DNA of 64,000 nt from Nitrospirota bacterium (GCA_963818475.1 CAWFSF010000006.1:1760001-1824000), one strand, 5' to 3'; positions 22,259-32,757 are shown, counted from the stretch's first letter. Notes: generated by a model from the sequence alone, not told the origin. Program-made: numbers and translations.

Positions 22259-22326
22259 TTCTAATCATTCGGCCGAGACCGACGGGCCACAGACGCGCGC
22301 TCACCTCCGCGTTCAGCAGGTTGAGC
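22259..22326 (+). other. Degenerate attC
   Basis: TTCTAAT...gcgcgctcacc..GTT. Confidence 0.45.
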
Positions 22327-22388
22327 TGAATGCATTAACTCTACAATAGCCGTTTAGTTGCATTTCTAACCGCATCGGGGAATATCTT

Positions 22389-22751
22389 CTGAGTATTAGC
22401 CAAATAAACAAAGTAGATTTAATTTCTCAATCGAAGACGGGTGAATTTTTTTTGATTATTGTCGTGGATGAGCCTTGGGTAGACAGCGATGAATTTAAAT
22501 ATCTGTTACAGGAAAAGCTAAACAATTATAGCGCCTATTTTTTAGACGGCCAAACTGCTTTGCAAGAGTACCAGATTGGAAGCAGCAGCGAGTTACCGTT
22601 AGGATTTCTTCTACTACTGCATTCCCAAACGACTACAGGAGTTCATTGGAAAATTAGAAGCAACAAAATCATATGGCTGACATTGTCAAACTACGTTGAT
22701 ACTAATGAATTCTATAGAAGGCGTCTTGAAATGTCAACTCGATTGGGATGA
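22389..22751 (+). pseudogene. DUF6572-like cassette gene remnant
   Basis: KVDLIS...LIIVVDEPW...LLQEKLNNY..Y..DGQ; no standard start, 3' part degraded. Confidence 0.45.
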
Positions 22752-22824
22752 ACGAAACGAAACCCATAGATGCCGTTGAATTTCGTTTAACTCAAGTTAC
22801 GAACTAACCTGCGGGTCCACGTCG

Positions 22825-22940
22825 GCAGGTCGGGTAGAATGACTTTGTCGAAACCCGACGTTCTGATTCTGCTCGGAACAGTCACAAAAGTAATGAATAG
22901 AACTGAAGAATGTCAGGTTTCGCAAGCTATACCGACGTAC
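22825..22940. repeat. Degenerate inverted REP pair within an attC-like site
   Basis: gcaggtcgggtagaat..gaaacccgac ... gtcaggtttcgcaagctataccgacgtac, directly after aactaacctgcgggtccac. Confidence 0.45.
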
Positions 22941-23486
22941 CGGCTCGGTGTCCCGAAACCTGGGGAACCGGCGATTATGAGGATGACGAATCGGTTCGAA
23001 CCAAGCGATCCTTGCTTCTTTTTTGCTTATGAAATGGCAGCTTCCAAGAATTTTGTTAACTTATTTCTAGTATGAAGTCTCTGGACGCAGCAATGAGTCG
23101 GCCGAGGAGCGCGTTCCGGGCATCAAGAGGTAAATAATTAAAATATGTTCAACCGATTAGATCAAGACTTTATCGATTGGTTTAAGGAAGATTATCCACA
23201 TTCGATACTTGCAAATCAGCTAATTCCTCCTATCCGTCATCGTAGATGGACGCGCGTCGGGTTTTACGTTGACATCAAGTGATAAGAGTTAGCCAAACTG
23301 GGAATGGATGATCGAAGGACACTTCCCAATATGAGGCCCTGTCATTGAAAGAGGAAGACCATCATGGCGGTGGGTGCTTATTAAGGGGCAAAGATGGTTA
23401 TGTTGATTGTCTGAATGTATGCTTATGGTGAATACCTTAAAGAGGAAGTACAGGATTAAAAGATTGATCGACTTCCTCCAGCGAAA

Positions 23487-23545
23487 ACTAGACAAACGGG
23501 TCGATATGGGCGCGAACACCACGACCGACACCCTTAGTGTTGACC
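23487..23545 (+). other. Degenerate attC
   Basis: gggtcg...cgaccgacaccc..GTTGACC just before ATG 23554. Confidence 0.5.
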
Positions 23546-23553
23546 TGAAAGAA

Positions 23554-23871
23554 ATGATAACTCGAGAAGAAATGATGGTCCGTATGCAGGAGGTATGCCC
23601 TTCCTTCGCCCCCACTTGGGCAGCCTTTCTGACTGATTGGAAAGACGATAAGAAGGGGCTACCCCTATATCTTGCACTTGCAGACTTAGCTAGACACGTC
23701 TTGTCGATGTTGGAAAAAGGCGAAACGGAAACATTCCCACGCATTTTTGAGGTGATCGAGCAATGGCACGCTGAAGGTGATCCGTACGTCCAAGCGGCCG
23801 CTAGTGTTGGGTTTCTTGAAGTTCTCCAAAACACAAACATACATGAGACAATAATTCAGAATCATATCTGA
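23554..23871 (+). CDS. Cassette hypothetical protein
   Basis: MITREEM.. immediately after an attC core; helical. Confidence 0.6.
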   Translation: MITREEMMVRMQEVCPSFAPTWAAFLTDWKDDKKGLPLYLALADLARHVLSMLEKGETETFPRIFEVIEQWHAEGDPYVQAAASVGFLEVLQNTNIHETIIQNHI

Positions 23872-23973
23872 CTCACAAGTGACCGAAAAAATACATAGAA
23901 GCAGGGGATGAGCTTTAGCGTTGGCACAGAAAAAAACGAAATCAAGTCCTTGATGTTACAAGTTCTAGAGAAG

Positions 23974-24033
23974 TTACACCAGCGCCTTCGACAGCGACGC
24001 GCCGAAGGGCGGCGCGTGAGGCGCGCGTTGAAT
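23974..24033 (+). other. attC site
   Basis: gcgccttc..acgcgccg aagggcggcgcgt gaggcgc..GTTGAAT. Confidence 0.75.
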
Positions 24034-24050
24034 TTTCAAGGAGGGCTCCC

Positions 24051-24608
24051 ATGAGCAACCACAATTCGTTTTCCGGAAACCCAAAGACCGAATGGCTCGT
24101 TGATTCCAACGGCGCGGATAGAAATATGATGGTCATTGAGGACTTCTGGTACGTCGACCCGGACGGGAAAAAGTGGCCGGCTCCGGCGGGAAGCATCATT
24201 AACGGGGCAAGCATTCCCCGCCCGCTGTGGTCGCTGGTCGGCAGCCCCTATACCGACGACTACCGGCGCGCATCAATTGTTCACGATGTTGCCTGCAAGG
24301 ATTCAGCAGTTGGCCGAAAGGATGCCGACGTTATGTTTTTTCACGCTTGCCGCGCGGGTGGCTGTTCCCCCCAGCAAGCCCGGTGGCTGTATGCAGGTGT
24401 CCGTATGGGCGCATGGGCGTGTGCGTCCCTGCCTGAGGAGTCGATCTCAAAGGAGACGCTGCTCTTTCAATTTCCCTTCAAAACATCCTATGTAAAACAA
24501 TTCCTCCAGGGAAAATTTTACGAACTTGCCTCAGAATTGACCGGCCTGCCCGACGAGGCCTCGATCGAAGATCTTGACGCGGTGATCGAACGGCATGTCA
24601 AGTTCTGA
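24051..24608 (+). CDS. DUF1353 domain protein
   Basis: GASIPRPLW..G.P..YRRASIVHD...ADVMF..Y.GVR. Confidence 0.8.
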   Translation: MSNHNSFSGNPKTEWLVDSNGADRNMMVIEDFWYVDPDGKKWPAPAGSIINGASIPRPLWSLVGSPYTDDYRRASIVHDVACKDSAVGRKDADVMFFHACRAGGCSPQQARWLYAGVRMGAWACASLPEESISKETLLFQFPFKTSYVKQFLQGKFYELASELTGLPDEASIEDLDAVIERHVKF

Positions 24609-24782
24609 CACAAAAATGCCCCCCACCTTACCTGCTTCACGCAAGGTTCGTAAAGCGCGACAGGCAACCACATCCCGGATTTTCACCTTAACCACGCATG
24701 GCACGCAGAAAATTATCCTCCGGCAACCATGCAGGTAGTACGCTATAATTAAGCAAATCCTGCCAGCATTACTGCATGATCA

Positions 24783-25805
24783 ATGAGCGGCAACGATACC
24801 ACCATGCACATTGCAGATTTTATCCATACGTATCCCGGCATGTACATTGTCCAGTCGTTCTTTCATGCCCTCATCGCCACGATCATCACGGGATCGGCGA
24901 TCGAGGCCTGGAAGATCGACAGCCCTATCGTGCGGCAGCGCTTCCGGCTGAGCGTCATCCTGATCGCCATCTTCTCATTCCCCGTGTACCAATTGATCAA
25001 TCCCGAGCGCGGCACGCTTTTTTTTCGGCTCGATGCTCTTTTCGACAGCTCCCGCTGGCTGGAAATGGAGCTCTGGAGCGTCGTGCCGTTGTCGCTCTTC
25101 TTCGTGGCGCTCTTTGTGGTCACCTCCGTCATCTTTGTGCTGCAGGAAATGGTCCCCATCCTCAGGCATTTCATCGAACCGACCGTGGATCCTCAGTTCG
25201 CGGTGATCAGGCCGTCCAAAGCCTCTCCGGTGGGCAAAGCGCTGCGGGGAATTTCGGCGAACCTGCCCGATCTTTTCATCATTCATGACGAGGAAATGGT
25301 CCTCTTTTCCAACACCCGGGGCAAGCCGGCGATCTATATGTCGGCGGGGCTCGCAAAAAAGCTTACCGCGGAACAGCTCCAGGCCGCTGTTGCCCATGAA
25401 ATGGCCCATATCGCGAGGAGCAAATACTCGATCCTGCTTGCCGGATTCATTCTTCGGACGCTGATGTTCTTTAATCCCGTGGTGCTCGTCGAGTTCAGAA
25501 GGGCCATCCGGAATGAAGAGAAGATCTGCGACGATATCGCCGTATCCCTGACCGGAAAACCCTCCGCTCTTGCGGAAACGCTCAAGAAATTCTACTCCCT
25601 CGAACACGAGGAAGATCTGGTGGAGGGCGAGGCGCCGCGCCAGGCATCGGGCAAGGTGAGCCTTGAAGAATACAGCCACAATCTTCAGCTTGAGACCCGG
25701 ATCGCCCGTCTCGAGGAAGGGAGACCGCCCGTGCGGGAGGAAGCATGGTTCCCCCTGGTTTTATCGTTCGCCATCATCGCAGTCATTAACTATTATGTCG
25801 TCTAA
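24783..25805 (+). CDS. M56 (BlaR1-like)/M48 membrane zinc peptidase
   Basis: Multiple TMs; AHEMAH zinc motif; EKICDD. Confidence 0.8.
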   Translation: MSGNDTTMHIADFIHTYPGMYIVQSFFHALIATIITGSAIEAWKIDSPIVRQRFRLSVILIAIFSFPVYQLINPERGTLFFRLDALFDSSRWLEMELWSVVPLSLFFVALFVVTSVIFVLQEMVPILRHFIEPTVDPQFAVIRPSKASPVGKALRGISANLPDLFIIHDEEMVLFSNTRGKPAIYMSAGLAKKLTAEQLQAAVAHEMAHIARSKYSILLAGFILRTLMFFNPVVLVEFRRAIRNEEKICDDIAVSLTGKPSALAETLKKFYSLEHEEDLVEGEAPRQASGKVSLEEYSHNLQLETRIARLEEGRPPVREEAWFPLVLSFAIIAVINYYVV

Positions 25806-25811
25806 CCGGAG

Positions 25812-26348
25812 GTGGAAGCCTTGAAACGCAAGACGTTCGGATTTATTTTTTTTCTGCTCATAACAACGGTGGTGGTCGTCCTTATCAAGACGGTCAATTG
25901 GCTGCCGCTCGCGTTCCAGCACGATACGCTGAGACGGTACAACTCGGTCGAGGAGGTGAAGGCATCGCTGCGCATCAAGGACCTGTACGTGCCGGCCTAT
26001 TTCCCGCAGACCATCAGCTGGCCGCCCACCGCGATCGTGGCGCAGTCCAGGCCCTCCCTTGCCGTCATGATGACGTTTCACCGGACCGGCAGCGATGAAG
26101 AGTCGCTCGTCATAACCCAGACTGCGTCCACTGCCTTCGCCCATGAACCGGGGCTCACGCTGGTCAAGATCGCCGAGTCGGCGCCCTACAAGCTCCACAA
26201 CCGCAACGCCCTTCTCGAAGTAGGCGCCTGCAGGAACGAGGAGCCGTGCAGCCGCATCGAGTGGCAGGAAGGCGAGTACCGATTGGCCGTTATCATGAAA
26301 GCCCCCCCTTTTGAACTGATCAGGATCGCCGGGAGCATGCTGCACTGA
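25812..26348 (+). CDS. Membrane-anchored hypothetical protein
   Basis: Operonic position; N-terminal TM. Confidence 0.7.
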   Translation: MEALKRKTFGFIFFLLITTVVVVLIKTVNWLPLAFQHDTLRRYNSVEEVKASLRIKDLYVPAYFPQTISWPPTAIVAQSRPSLAVMMTFHRTGSDEESLVITQTASTAFAHEPGLTLVKIAESAPYKLHNRNALLEVGACRNEEPCSRIEWQEGEYRLAVIMKAPPFELIRIAGSMLH

Positions 26349-26498
26349 CGCTGTATCTTCGGGACTGCTACTTTCAGTTATTTTTTGACTACGATATATT
26401 ACCCCCGGATCTAGGCTGTTCTTCCAATTGGCAAAGCACCCCTCCATTGATATATTCAAATCAACAAGCGATCTGAACAAGAAAGGAGGTGACACAGT

Positions 26499-26735
26499 AT
26501 GGACATGGCCAATGTCGGAAAGAACGCAGTCATGCTGGTAGTCGGGCCGCTTCTCGGTCTTCTCTACGTGGTGCTGCTGCCCTTTGCCTGGATCGTTGCA
26601 TCGCTCGTCATTATCGCGAAGCAGCTCGCAGGCCTGGTGGTCGCGACGACCCATTCGTCATTCGGATGGAGACCGATCGAGTCGTATCTGGCTGGCAGAC
26701 GAAACAAGAAGAATGCGAAGAACGACAAGAAGTGA
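26499..26735 (+). CDS. Small membrane protein (WRPIExYL motif)
   Basis: AAGGAGGT RBS; TM segment; WRPIESYLAG plus basic tail. Confidence 0.7.
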   Translation: MDMANVGKNAVMLVVGPLLGLLYVVLLPFAWIVASLVIIAKQLAGLVVATTHSSFGWRPIESYLAGRRNKKNAKNDKK

Positions 26736-26793
26736 CCGGAGCGGACCGCGGAAGAGCGTAAAGAGGCCGCCAGAAGGAAAGGAGGAACAGGCC

Positions 26794-27159
26794 ATGTTGA
26801 CACATAAAGGAGGACATACGGTTTCTCAAGGAACGTACTGGAACGTAATGAACGGTCAGCGGGTGGACATCAGCAGCGAGGCGGCGCTCCCCGGGAACAG
26901 CCGCACGAGATATATTAAAATGTCCGGCGCCATGATCCTGATCGCAGGCCCGGCCTTAGGGCTGCTCTTCGCCGTTTTCCTGCCATTCATCGGGATCGCC
27001 ATGGCTCTCAGCCTGATCGGCAAAAAACTGATCACCGCAGCGGCTCATGTGGCGGTCAAGAGCACGACCTTCAGCTGGAGGCCGATCGAGGCGTATCTCA
27101 GCGGAAAACAACGCCGCAAAGGCGGACCGCGGGGAAGCAGGAAGGATGGGAAATCGTGA
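26794..27159 (+). CDS. Small membrane protein, paralog of previous
   Basis: AAGGAGG RBS; GPALGLLFAVFLPF and WRPIEAYLSG. Confidence 0.7.
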   Translation: MLTHKGGHTVSQGTYWNVMNGQRVDISSEAALPGNSRTRYIKMSGAMILIAGPALGLLFAVFLPFIGIAMALSLIGKKLITAAAHVAVKSTTFSWRPIEAYLSGKQRRKGGPRGSRKDGKS

Positions 27160-27253
27160 TGCATCGAACCTGCACAAGAGCGAGGCAGAACCGGGATGCC
27201 CACGGGCAATCGCTTTCTGCCTCACTGCTTCTGCATGCCTGGGAGGTCCCGCT

Positions 27254-28705
27254 ATGAGTGGAACAGCTAAATTCAAAACGATTGCGCTCAACGTGCTCGC
27301 TGTTGCAGCGCTCCTCGTATTCCCCGGCACGGTGCGCGCTGCCGGCGCCCCACCGTCGGATGAATCCGCCGCGTGTCTTGAATGCCACGGCCAGCATGGA
27401 CTGTTGGTCGACTTCAAGAACAAGGACAAGCTTGAAGCCTTTGTCGATGCAGAAAAGTTCAGAGCGTCTGTGCACGCCTCGCTCGCCTGTTCCAGTTGTC
27501 ATGCCGATTTTTCCGCAAGCAATCATCCGCAGCGTACTTTTTTGTCGAAAGACCAATATTCCCTGAAATCATCCCTCGTCTGCAGGCAGTGCCATGCCGA
27601 CGATCAACTCAAGAAATCACCGATCCATGCGGCGTTGCTGGAAAAAAGCGACACCTCGCCGGTCTGTTCGAGTTGCCACAGCGCCCATGCGATCACCGCG
27701 CTCTCGAACGGCAGAAAGTATGCCACGGAGCAACAGTATTGCCTCGGGTGCCACAAACATGACCTGCGCATGAGGATGAAGAACGGGGAAACGATCCCCC
27801 TGCGCGTTGAAGAGGCCCACCTGGCAAACTCGGTGCACGCCAAGCTGAGCTGTTTCGATTGTCACTTCGGCTTCTCCACCAGCCAGCATCCGAAGCGCGA
27901 CTTCAAGGACAGCCGTAATTTTTCGATCATGCATTCCGATGCCTGCAGGCGGTGTCATTTCGACAAATACACCAAGACCATAGAAAGCATCCATTACACC
28001 ATGCTGAGCCAGGGCAACCTGAAAGCTCCGGTATGCACCGACTGCCACGGCGCCCATCGTGTCGCCCTGGCACGGTCCGGTTCACCGGCAGGAGCCCATC
28101 GCTGCGGAAATTGCCACCGCGAAATTTTTGCGACCTATGCAGTGAGCGTCCATGGCAACGCGATGCTCAACGAAAAGAACACCGACGTGCCCGTTTGCGT
28201 GGATTGCCATACTGCGCACACCATCGAGGACGCACGAACCGTGAATTACCGCGACAAAGTGCCCGACATCTGCGGACGGTGTCACGCGAACAAGGACATC
28301 ATGAAGAAATACGGGCTCAGCACCAATGTGGTGAATTCCTACCTTCAGGATTTCCACGGCGTGACGCTCAAATTCTACAAGCAGCAGGAAAAATCACCTG
28401 ATGCGGTAAAGAGGAAATCCATCGCCACCTGCACCGACTGCCACGGCGTCCACGACATCACCAAGTCCGGCGGCGTCAGTGCGGCTGCCGTTAAGGCCAA
28501 ACTGGTGAAACGGTGCGCGAAGTGCCACGCGGGAGCGACCGACGAATTTCCCGACACCTGGCTGTCCCACTATGAACCGTCGCTCGCAAGCGCACCTCTG
28601 GTATTCGGGATCAACTTCATGTACGTGGTCTTCATCCCGTTCATGATGGCCGGTCTGATCCTCCAGATCCTGCTGCACATCTGGCGCTATATCGTGAACC
28701 GGTAA
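27254..28705 (+). CDS. Multiheme cytochrome c (13 CxxCH), C-terminal TM
   Basis: 13 CxxCH counted; signal peptide; GGAGG RBS. Confidence 0.92.
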   Translation: MSGTAKFKTIALNVLAVAALLVFPGTVRAAGAPPSDESAACLECHGQHGLLVDFKNKDKLEAFVDAEKFRASVHASLACSSCHADFSASNHPQRTFLSKDQYSLKSSLVCRQCHADDQLKKSPIHAALLEKSDTSPVCSSCHSAHAITALSNGRKYATEQQYCLGCHKHDLRMRMKNGETIPLRVEEAHLANSVHAKLSCFDCHFGFSTSQHPKRDFKDSRNFSIMHSDACRRCHFDKYTKTIESIHYTMLSQGNLKAPVCTDCHGAHRVALARSGSPAGAHRCGNCHREIFATYAVSVHGNAMLNEKNTDVPVCVDCHTAHTIEDARTVNYRDKVPDICGRCHANKDIMKKYGLSTNVVNSYLQDFHGVTLKFYKQQEKSPDAVKRKSIATCTDCHGVHDITKSGGVSAAAVKAKLVKRCAKCHAGATDEFPDTWLSHYEPSLASAPLVFGINFMYVVFIPFMMAGLILQILLHIWRYIVNR

Positions 28706-28728
28706 TGCTGTTGAGAAAGGAGACTATC

Positions 28729-29469
28729 ATGACTGTACCTGAACCGGTTGAAATCAGACGCTTCGGTGCTTTCCGCATATCGGAACACTGGCTTAACGCC
28801 CTGGTCTTTGCAATACTGGTCGTCACCGGCCTGTCCCAGCGGTTTCATGAGTATGCACTGTCGCAATGGATCGTCACCAAACTGGGCGGGGTGGATGCTG
28901 TTCGGCTTATCCACCGCTATTCCGGCATCGTCTTTGCCGCCCTTACGGTCGCGCACATCGTCATGGGTTCTCTGGGGGTCCTTCTGAAGAAATGGCAGCC
29001 CACCATGGTGATCAACCTGAGCGACTTCACCGATGCTATCGACAACATGAAGTATTATTTCGGCATTACGAACCACCCCGCACGATGCGGCCGCTACGAC
29101 TACAAGCAGAAATTCGAGTACTGGGGCGTTGTGGTAGGAGGGTTGCTCATGATCGCCACGGGATTGACGCTCTGGTTCCCGGTTGCCGTTGCCTCCCTGC
29201 TGCCCGGCGAGATCATCCCCGCAGCCAAAGCGCTGCACACCAACGAGGCGTTGCTCGCATTTCTGGTGATCATCACGTGGCATATCTATAATTCCATCTT
29301 CAGCCCGGAAGTGTTTCCTCTGGACAAGGCGATCTTTTCCGGATATATCTCACGCGAACGCATGATCCACGAACATCCGCGCGAACTTGCGGATTTGGAG
29401 GGAAAACCGCTTGCAGCGATCATGTCCCATCACCAGGACAGCGCTTACGCGGAAACCTCCCATGAATAG
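28729..29469 (+). CDS. Cytochrome b subunit (FdnI/HydC-like)
   Basis: Four TMs with conserved His; GRYDYKQKFEYW. Confidence 0.88.
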   Translation: MTVPEPVEIRRFGAFRISEHWLNALVFAILVVTGLSQRFHEYALSQWIVTKLGGVDAVRLIHRYSGIVFAALTVAHIVMGSLGVLLKKWQPTMVINLSDFTDAIDNMKYYFGITNHPARCGRYDYKQKFEYWGVVVGGLLMIATGLTLWFPVAVASLLPGEIIPAAKALHTNEALLAFLVIITWHIYNSIFSPEVFPLDKAIFSGYISRERMIHEHPRELADLEGKPLAAIMSHHQDSAYAETSHE

Positions 29470-29576
29470 CCAAAGGCGAGATGCGGGCTGGGGGCACGTT
29501 TTGTTGCACTTAATCGACTATCGTGCAGCACAGAGCCCCCTATATTTTTACGGCACCTTCGTCTATACTATTCATT

Positions 29577-31427
29577 ATGAGGGGTAAAAACGGCGGGCTC
29601 CGCAGGCACATAAGGCTGTTCGTCCTGGCAGGCATATCGATCATCCTGTTCAGCCTGGGCATCGTGAGCTATTTCATCATTCAGCGGAATATCGAGGAAT
29701 CGCTCAACAAGCGGCTTGCCCTCTCACGCCTCATCAGGAACAATATCGACAATATCATCACCGACAACATCAATCGCCTGTACGATATATCCCTTTCAGG
29801 AAGCGTCAACCTGCAGGATGGCAACTTTGAGACGGAAAAGGACGCCCTTAAGTCAGCCTATCGGTACTCCCTTTTTACCGACGGCATCTTTCTCATTGAT
29901 AACGAGGGCAATATCATCCTCAGCTATCCCGAACGCATCAGGGATACGGCGCTGAATATCCTGAGCATAGAACCCGTGGGCAGAATGCTGTCGCTGGGCA
30001 AGCCGGTTGTCTCGAACATCTACACCATGGATACGGGGAAAAAGACCCTCTACTTCATCGTTCCGCTCAAGGACAAGAACGGCGTCACGGTTGGCGCCGC
30101 CGGCGGCCAGATCGACCCGACCAACCCTACCCTTATCCAGAAACTGGGCCTTTCGGACATCGGCAAGGGAATGTTCATAGATATCGTGGACTCCAACGGC
30201 GTCATTATTTCCTCGTCGAATACCCGGCGCATCCTGACCCAGTGCAACCGGGAGAAGTTTTTCACCAAGATCATCGCCGCCAGGGAAGAGCGGGTAGCGA
30301 CCTGCCACGTTTGCCATTTTTCCGAGACCATGGCGGACAAACAGCGGACCGTTCTGGCTTTTGTCCCCCTCGAAACAGCTCCCTGGGGCATTTCGATCCA
30401 GGAGCCGGAGACGGAGGTGTTCGCTTCCGCGGAACGGCTCAAAAGGACCTTCGCGGCCCTCGGGATCATCTTCGTCGGAACCGCTTTCATCCTGACCATC
30501 GGGATCAATCGGCGCATCGTTGACCCGCTCAACGCGCTGATCCGCGGTGCTGAACGCATCGCACAGGGACAACTGTCGAAGCCTGTATCCCCGGGAGGCA
30601 GCGACGAGATCGGACAGCTGAGCCGGAGCTTCGAGACCATGCGGCTCAAGCTCGTCGAATCCATGAACCATATCAACCAGCACACGCTGGAGCTCGAGGG
30701 GCGGGTACAGGAGCGGACGCGACAGATCAACGAAAGCCAGAAACGGGCGGAGGTGCTTCTGCAGAAGATCATTTCAACGCAGGAGGAGGAGCGCAAGCGG
30801 ATAGGCCGCGAGCTCCATGATGACACGCTTCAGGAACTGTCAGCAGCGCTGATGCGGATCGACATGCTCAAGATATACCCGGAGAAGATGTCCCTGGAGT
30901 ATATTGAAAACATCCGCAAGATCATCGTAACTTCCCTGGACGGCGTGGTCTGCATCATCCAGAACCTGAGACCGACCCTTCTTGATGACGTCGGCCTCGT
31001 TGCGGCGATCAAGTCACTCCTTGACCTGCATCTCGGTGAAAAGGGCATCAACTACTTCCTCAATACCGCGAGTGTGACGGACCGGCGTTTCCGGCCCGAG
31101 TTGGAGATCGTCCTCTTCAGGATCGTGCAGGAGGCGGTCGCAAATACGGCGCGCCATGCCAACGCTGACAACTTTTTCATTATGATCAAGGTCTCCGACG
31201 ATACCGTCCATGTGGACATCGAAGACGATGGAGAAGGGTTCAATCTCAAGTTACTGTATTCCGGCGCAAGCTGTGACGTGATCGACAAGCGGGGACTCGG
31301 CCTCCTCGGGATGAAGGAACGGGTGGCCCTGATCGGCGGCAAGATCCATCTGTGCTCGAAACCCGGCGTTGGAACGCAGGTTGATATCCGCATACCCCTT
31401 ATGGAATCGAAGGTGGCACATGCTTAA
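29577..31427 (+). CDS. HAMP sensor histidine kinase (NarX/HisKA_3 type) with CxxCH in the sensor domain
   Basis: EEERKRIGRELHD; DDGEGF, GLGLLGM; CHVCH. Confidence 0.9.
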   Translation: MRGKNGGLRRHIRLFVLAGISIILFSLGIVSYFIIQRNIEESLNKRLALSRLIRNNIDNIITDNINRLYDISLSGSVNLQDGNFETEKDALKSAYRYSLFTDGIFLIDNEGNIILSYPERIRDTALNILSIEPVGRMLSLGKPVVSNIYTMDTGKKTLYFIVPLKDKNGVTVGAAGGQIDPTNPTLIQKLGLSDIGKGMFIDIVDSNGVIISSSNTRRILTQCNREKFFTKIIAAREERVATCHVCHFSETMADKQRTVLAFVPLETAPWGISIQEPETEVFASAERLKRTFAALGIIFVGTAFILTIGINRRIVDPLNALIRGAERIAQGQLSKPVSPGGSDEIGQLSRSFETMRLKLVESMNHINQHTLELEGRVQERTRQINESQKRAEVLLQKIISTQEEERKRIGRELHDDTLQELSAALMRIDMLKIYPEKMSLEYIENIRKIIVTSLDGVVCIIQNLRPTLLDDVGLVAAIKSLLDLHLGEKGINYFLNTASVTDRRFRPELEIVLFRIVQEAVANTARHANADNFFIMIKVSDDTVHVDIEDDGEGFNLKLLYSGASCDVIDKRGLGLLGMKERVALIGGKIHLCSKPGVGTQVDIRIPLMESKVAHA

Positions 31428-32091
31428 AAAAAAGGTCCTTATTGCCGATGACCACGCCCTCGTACGAGAAGGAATCGTTGCATTTCTCAAGCTCTGCGAC
31501 GACATCGAGGTGGTCGCGGAAGCTTCCGACGGGATCGAGGCCCTTGAAAAAACCGGCAAATACCACCCCGATATCATCATCATGGACATCAACATGCCAA
31601 AGCTCGGCGGACTGGAAACGACCGTCGAGATCAAAAAAACGCACCCTCACATCAAGATCCTGGTCCTGACCCAATACGAAGACCGGGAATATATCTCGCG
31701 TTTCCTCAAAGCAGGGGTATCAGGGTATCTGTTGAAGAAGGCGGTCGGGAGCGACCTGATTGCGGCCCTGAAAGCGATCGCGCGGGGTGAACTCTACCTT
31801 TATTCATCGATCGCAACAGAAGTGGTTGCCGGCTTTCTCCAGGGAGAGAAAAAGGTCAATCTTGAAGTTCCTTACGAGAAGCTGAGCGACCGGGAAAAGC
31901 AGGTGTTAAAACTGGTCGCGGAGGGGTATACGCACAAGGATGTGGCCGACATGCTGACCATCAGCACCAAAACCGTCATCGCCCATCAAACGAACATTGG
32001 CGAGAAGCTCGGCATCCATACGCGTGCAGGCCTCATAAAATTTGCGATCCAGAAAGGAATCATCAAAATAGACGGCGTAGAAGGGAGTTAG
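31420..32091 (+). CDS. NarL/LuxR-family response regulator
   Basis: IADDH, MDINMP receiver; LSDREKQVLKLVAEG HTH. Confidence 0.92.
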   Translation: MLKKKVLIADDHALVREGIVAFLKLCDDIEVVAEASDGIEALEKTGKYHPDIIIMDINMPKLGGLETTVEIKKTHPHIKILVLTQYEDREYISRFLKAGVSGYLLKKAVGSDLIAALKAIARGELYLYSSIATEVVAGFLQGEKKVNLEVPYEKLSDREKQVLKLVAEGYTHKDVADMLTISTKTVIAHQTNIGEKLGIHTRAGLIKFAIQKGIIKIDGVEGS

Positions 32092-32204
32092 ACCTTCCCT
32101 ATCCTAAGTCGCAAAAGACGTAAAAAACAAACCTGTTTCACCACAGGCAGAAAAAGGGCCATCTCCCGATGGCCCATCTATACTCCACCTGGTTACACTG
32201 CCGA

Positions 32205-32651
32205 CTACAGTTTGTCTGCAACGATCCTGTCAACGGACCACTTCCCGCCGCCTTTGATGATCAGCGCGATCGACATGGCGATCACCAGGAGATGAAATTC
32301 ATACCCCTCCCCTGCCTGCTTGCCGCTCCAGTTCATGTAGAATCCGTGCTGCAAATGAAGCAGGATAATCGCAACGACCATATTAACGCCGATGCCGAAT
32401 GCCGAGATCCTCGTCAGGAACCCGGTGAGCAGGCCGAGCGATCCCAGCCCTTCTGCAATGATCGCAAGAAATGCTAAGACTGCGGGAATCCCAAGCGTTC
32501 CCGTGAAGAACCCCATGGTCCCGTCAAAGCCGTAACCGCCGAACCAGCCCAAAAGCTTCTGCATCCCATGGGGAAGGAACACCACGCCCAGCAGAACCCT
32601 CAGTATCATGGTAGCGGTATCATCGTCCGTTTGAAATAACCTCTTTAACAT
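32205..32651 (-). CDS. DoxX family membrane protein
   Basis: [12 protein letters not shown]; GEGYEFHLL; G.GKWSVD. Confidence 0.88.
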   Translation of the reverse strand: MLKRLFQTDDDTATMILRVLLGVVFLPHGMQKLLGWFGGYGFDGTMGFFTGTLGIPAVLAFLAIIAEGLGSLGLLTGFLTRISAFGIGVNMVVAIILLHLQHGFYMNWSGKQAGEGYEFHLLVIAMSIALIIKGGGKWSVDRIVADKL

Positions 32652-32757
32652 ATATACCTCCATTCAAAATGGTCCGATCCAAATCCCCTGCACCCGTGCA
32701 TGCCTCCAGATCCACCGTGACCGGTCTCTTACCCTGTCGCCTACACCTTTGCTTATG

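Larger units (their letters stand above)
12156..24608. mobile_element. Decaying integron with cassette array
   Basis: intI pseudogene, attI, co-oriented AT-richer ORFs separated by RYYYAAC...GTTRRRY palindromes. Confidence 0.88.

Noticed and set aside
29492-29510. Sigma54 promoter upstream of the kinase (and another at 59129-59144, minus strand)
   Set aside because: GG-to-GC spacing is 11 and 9 nt rather than the required 10.
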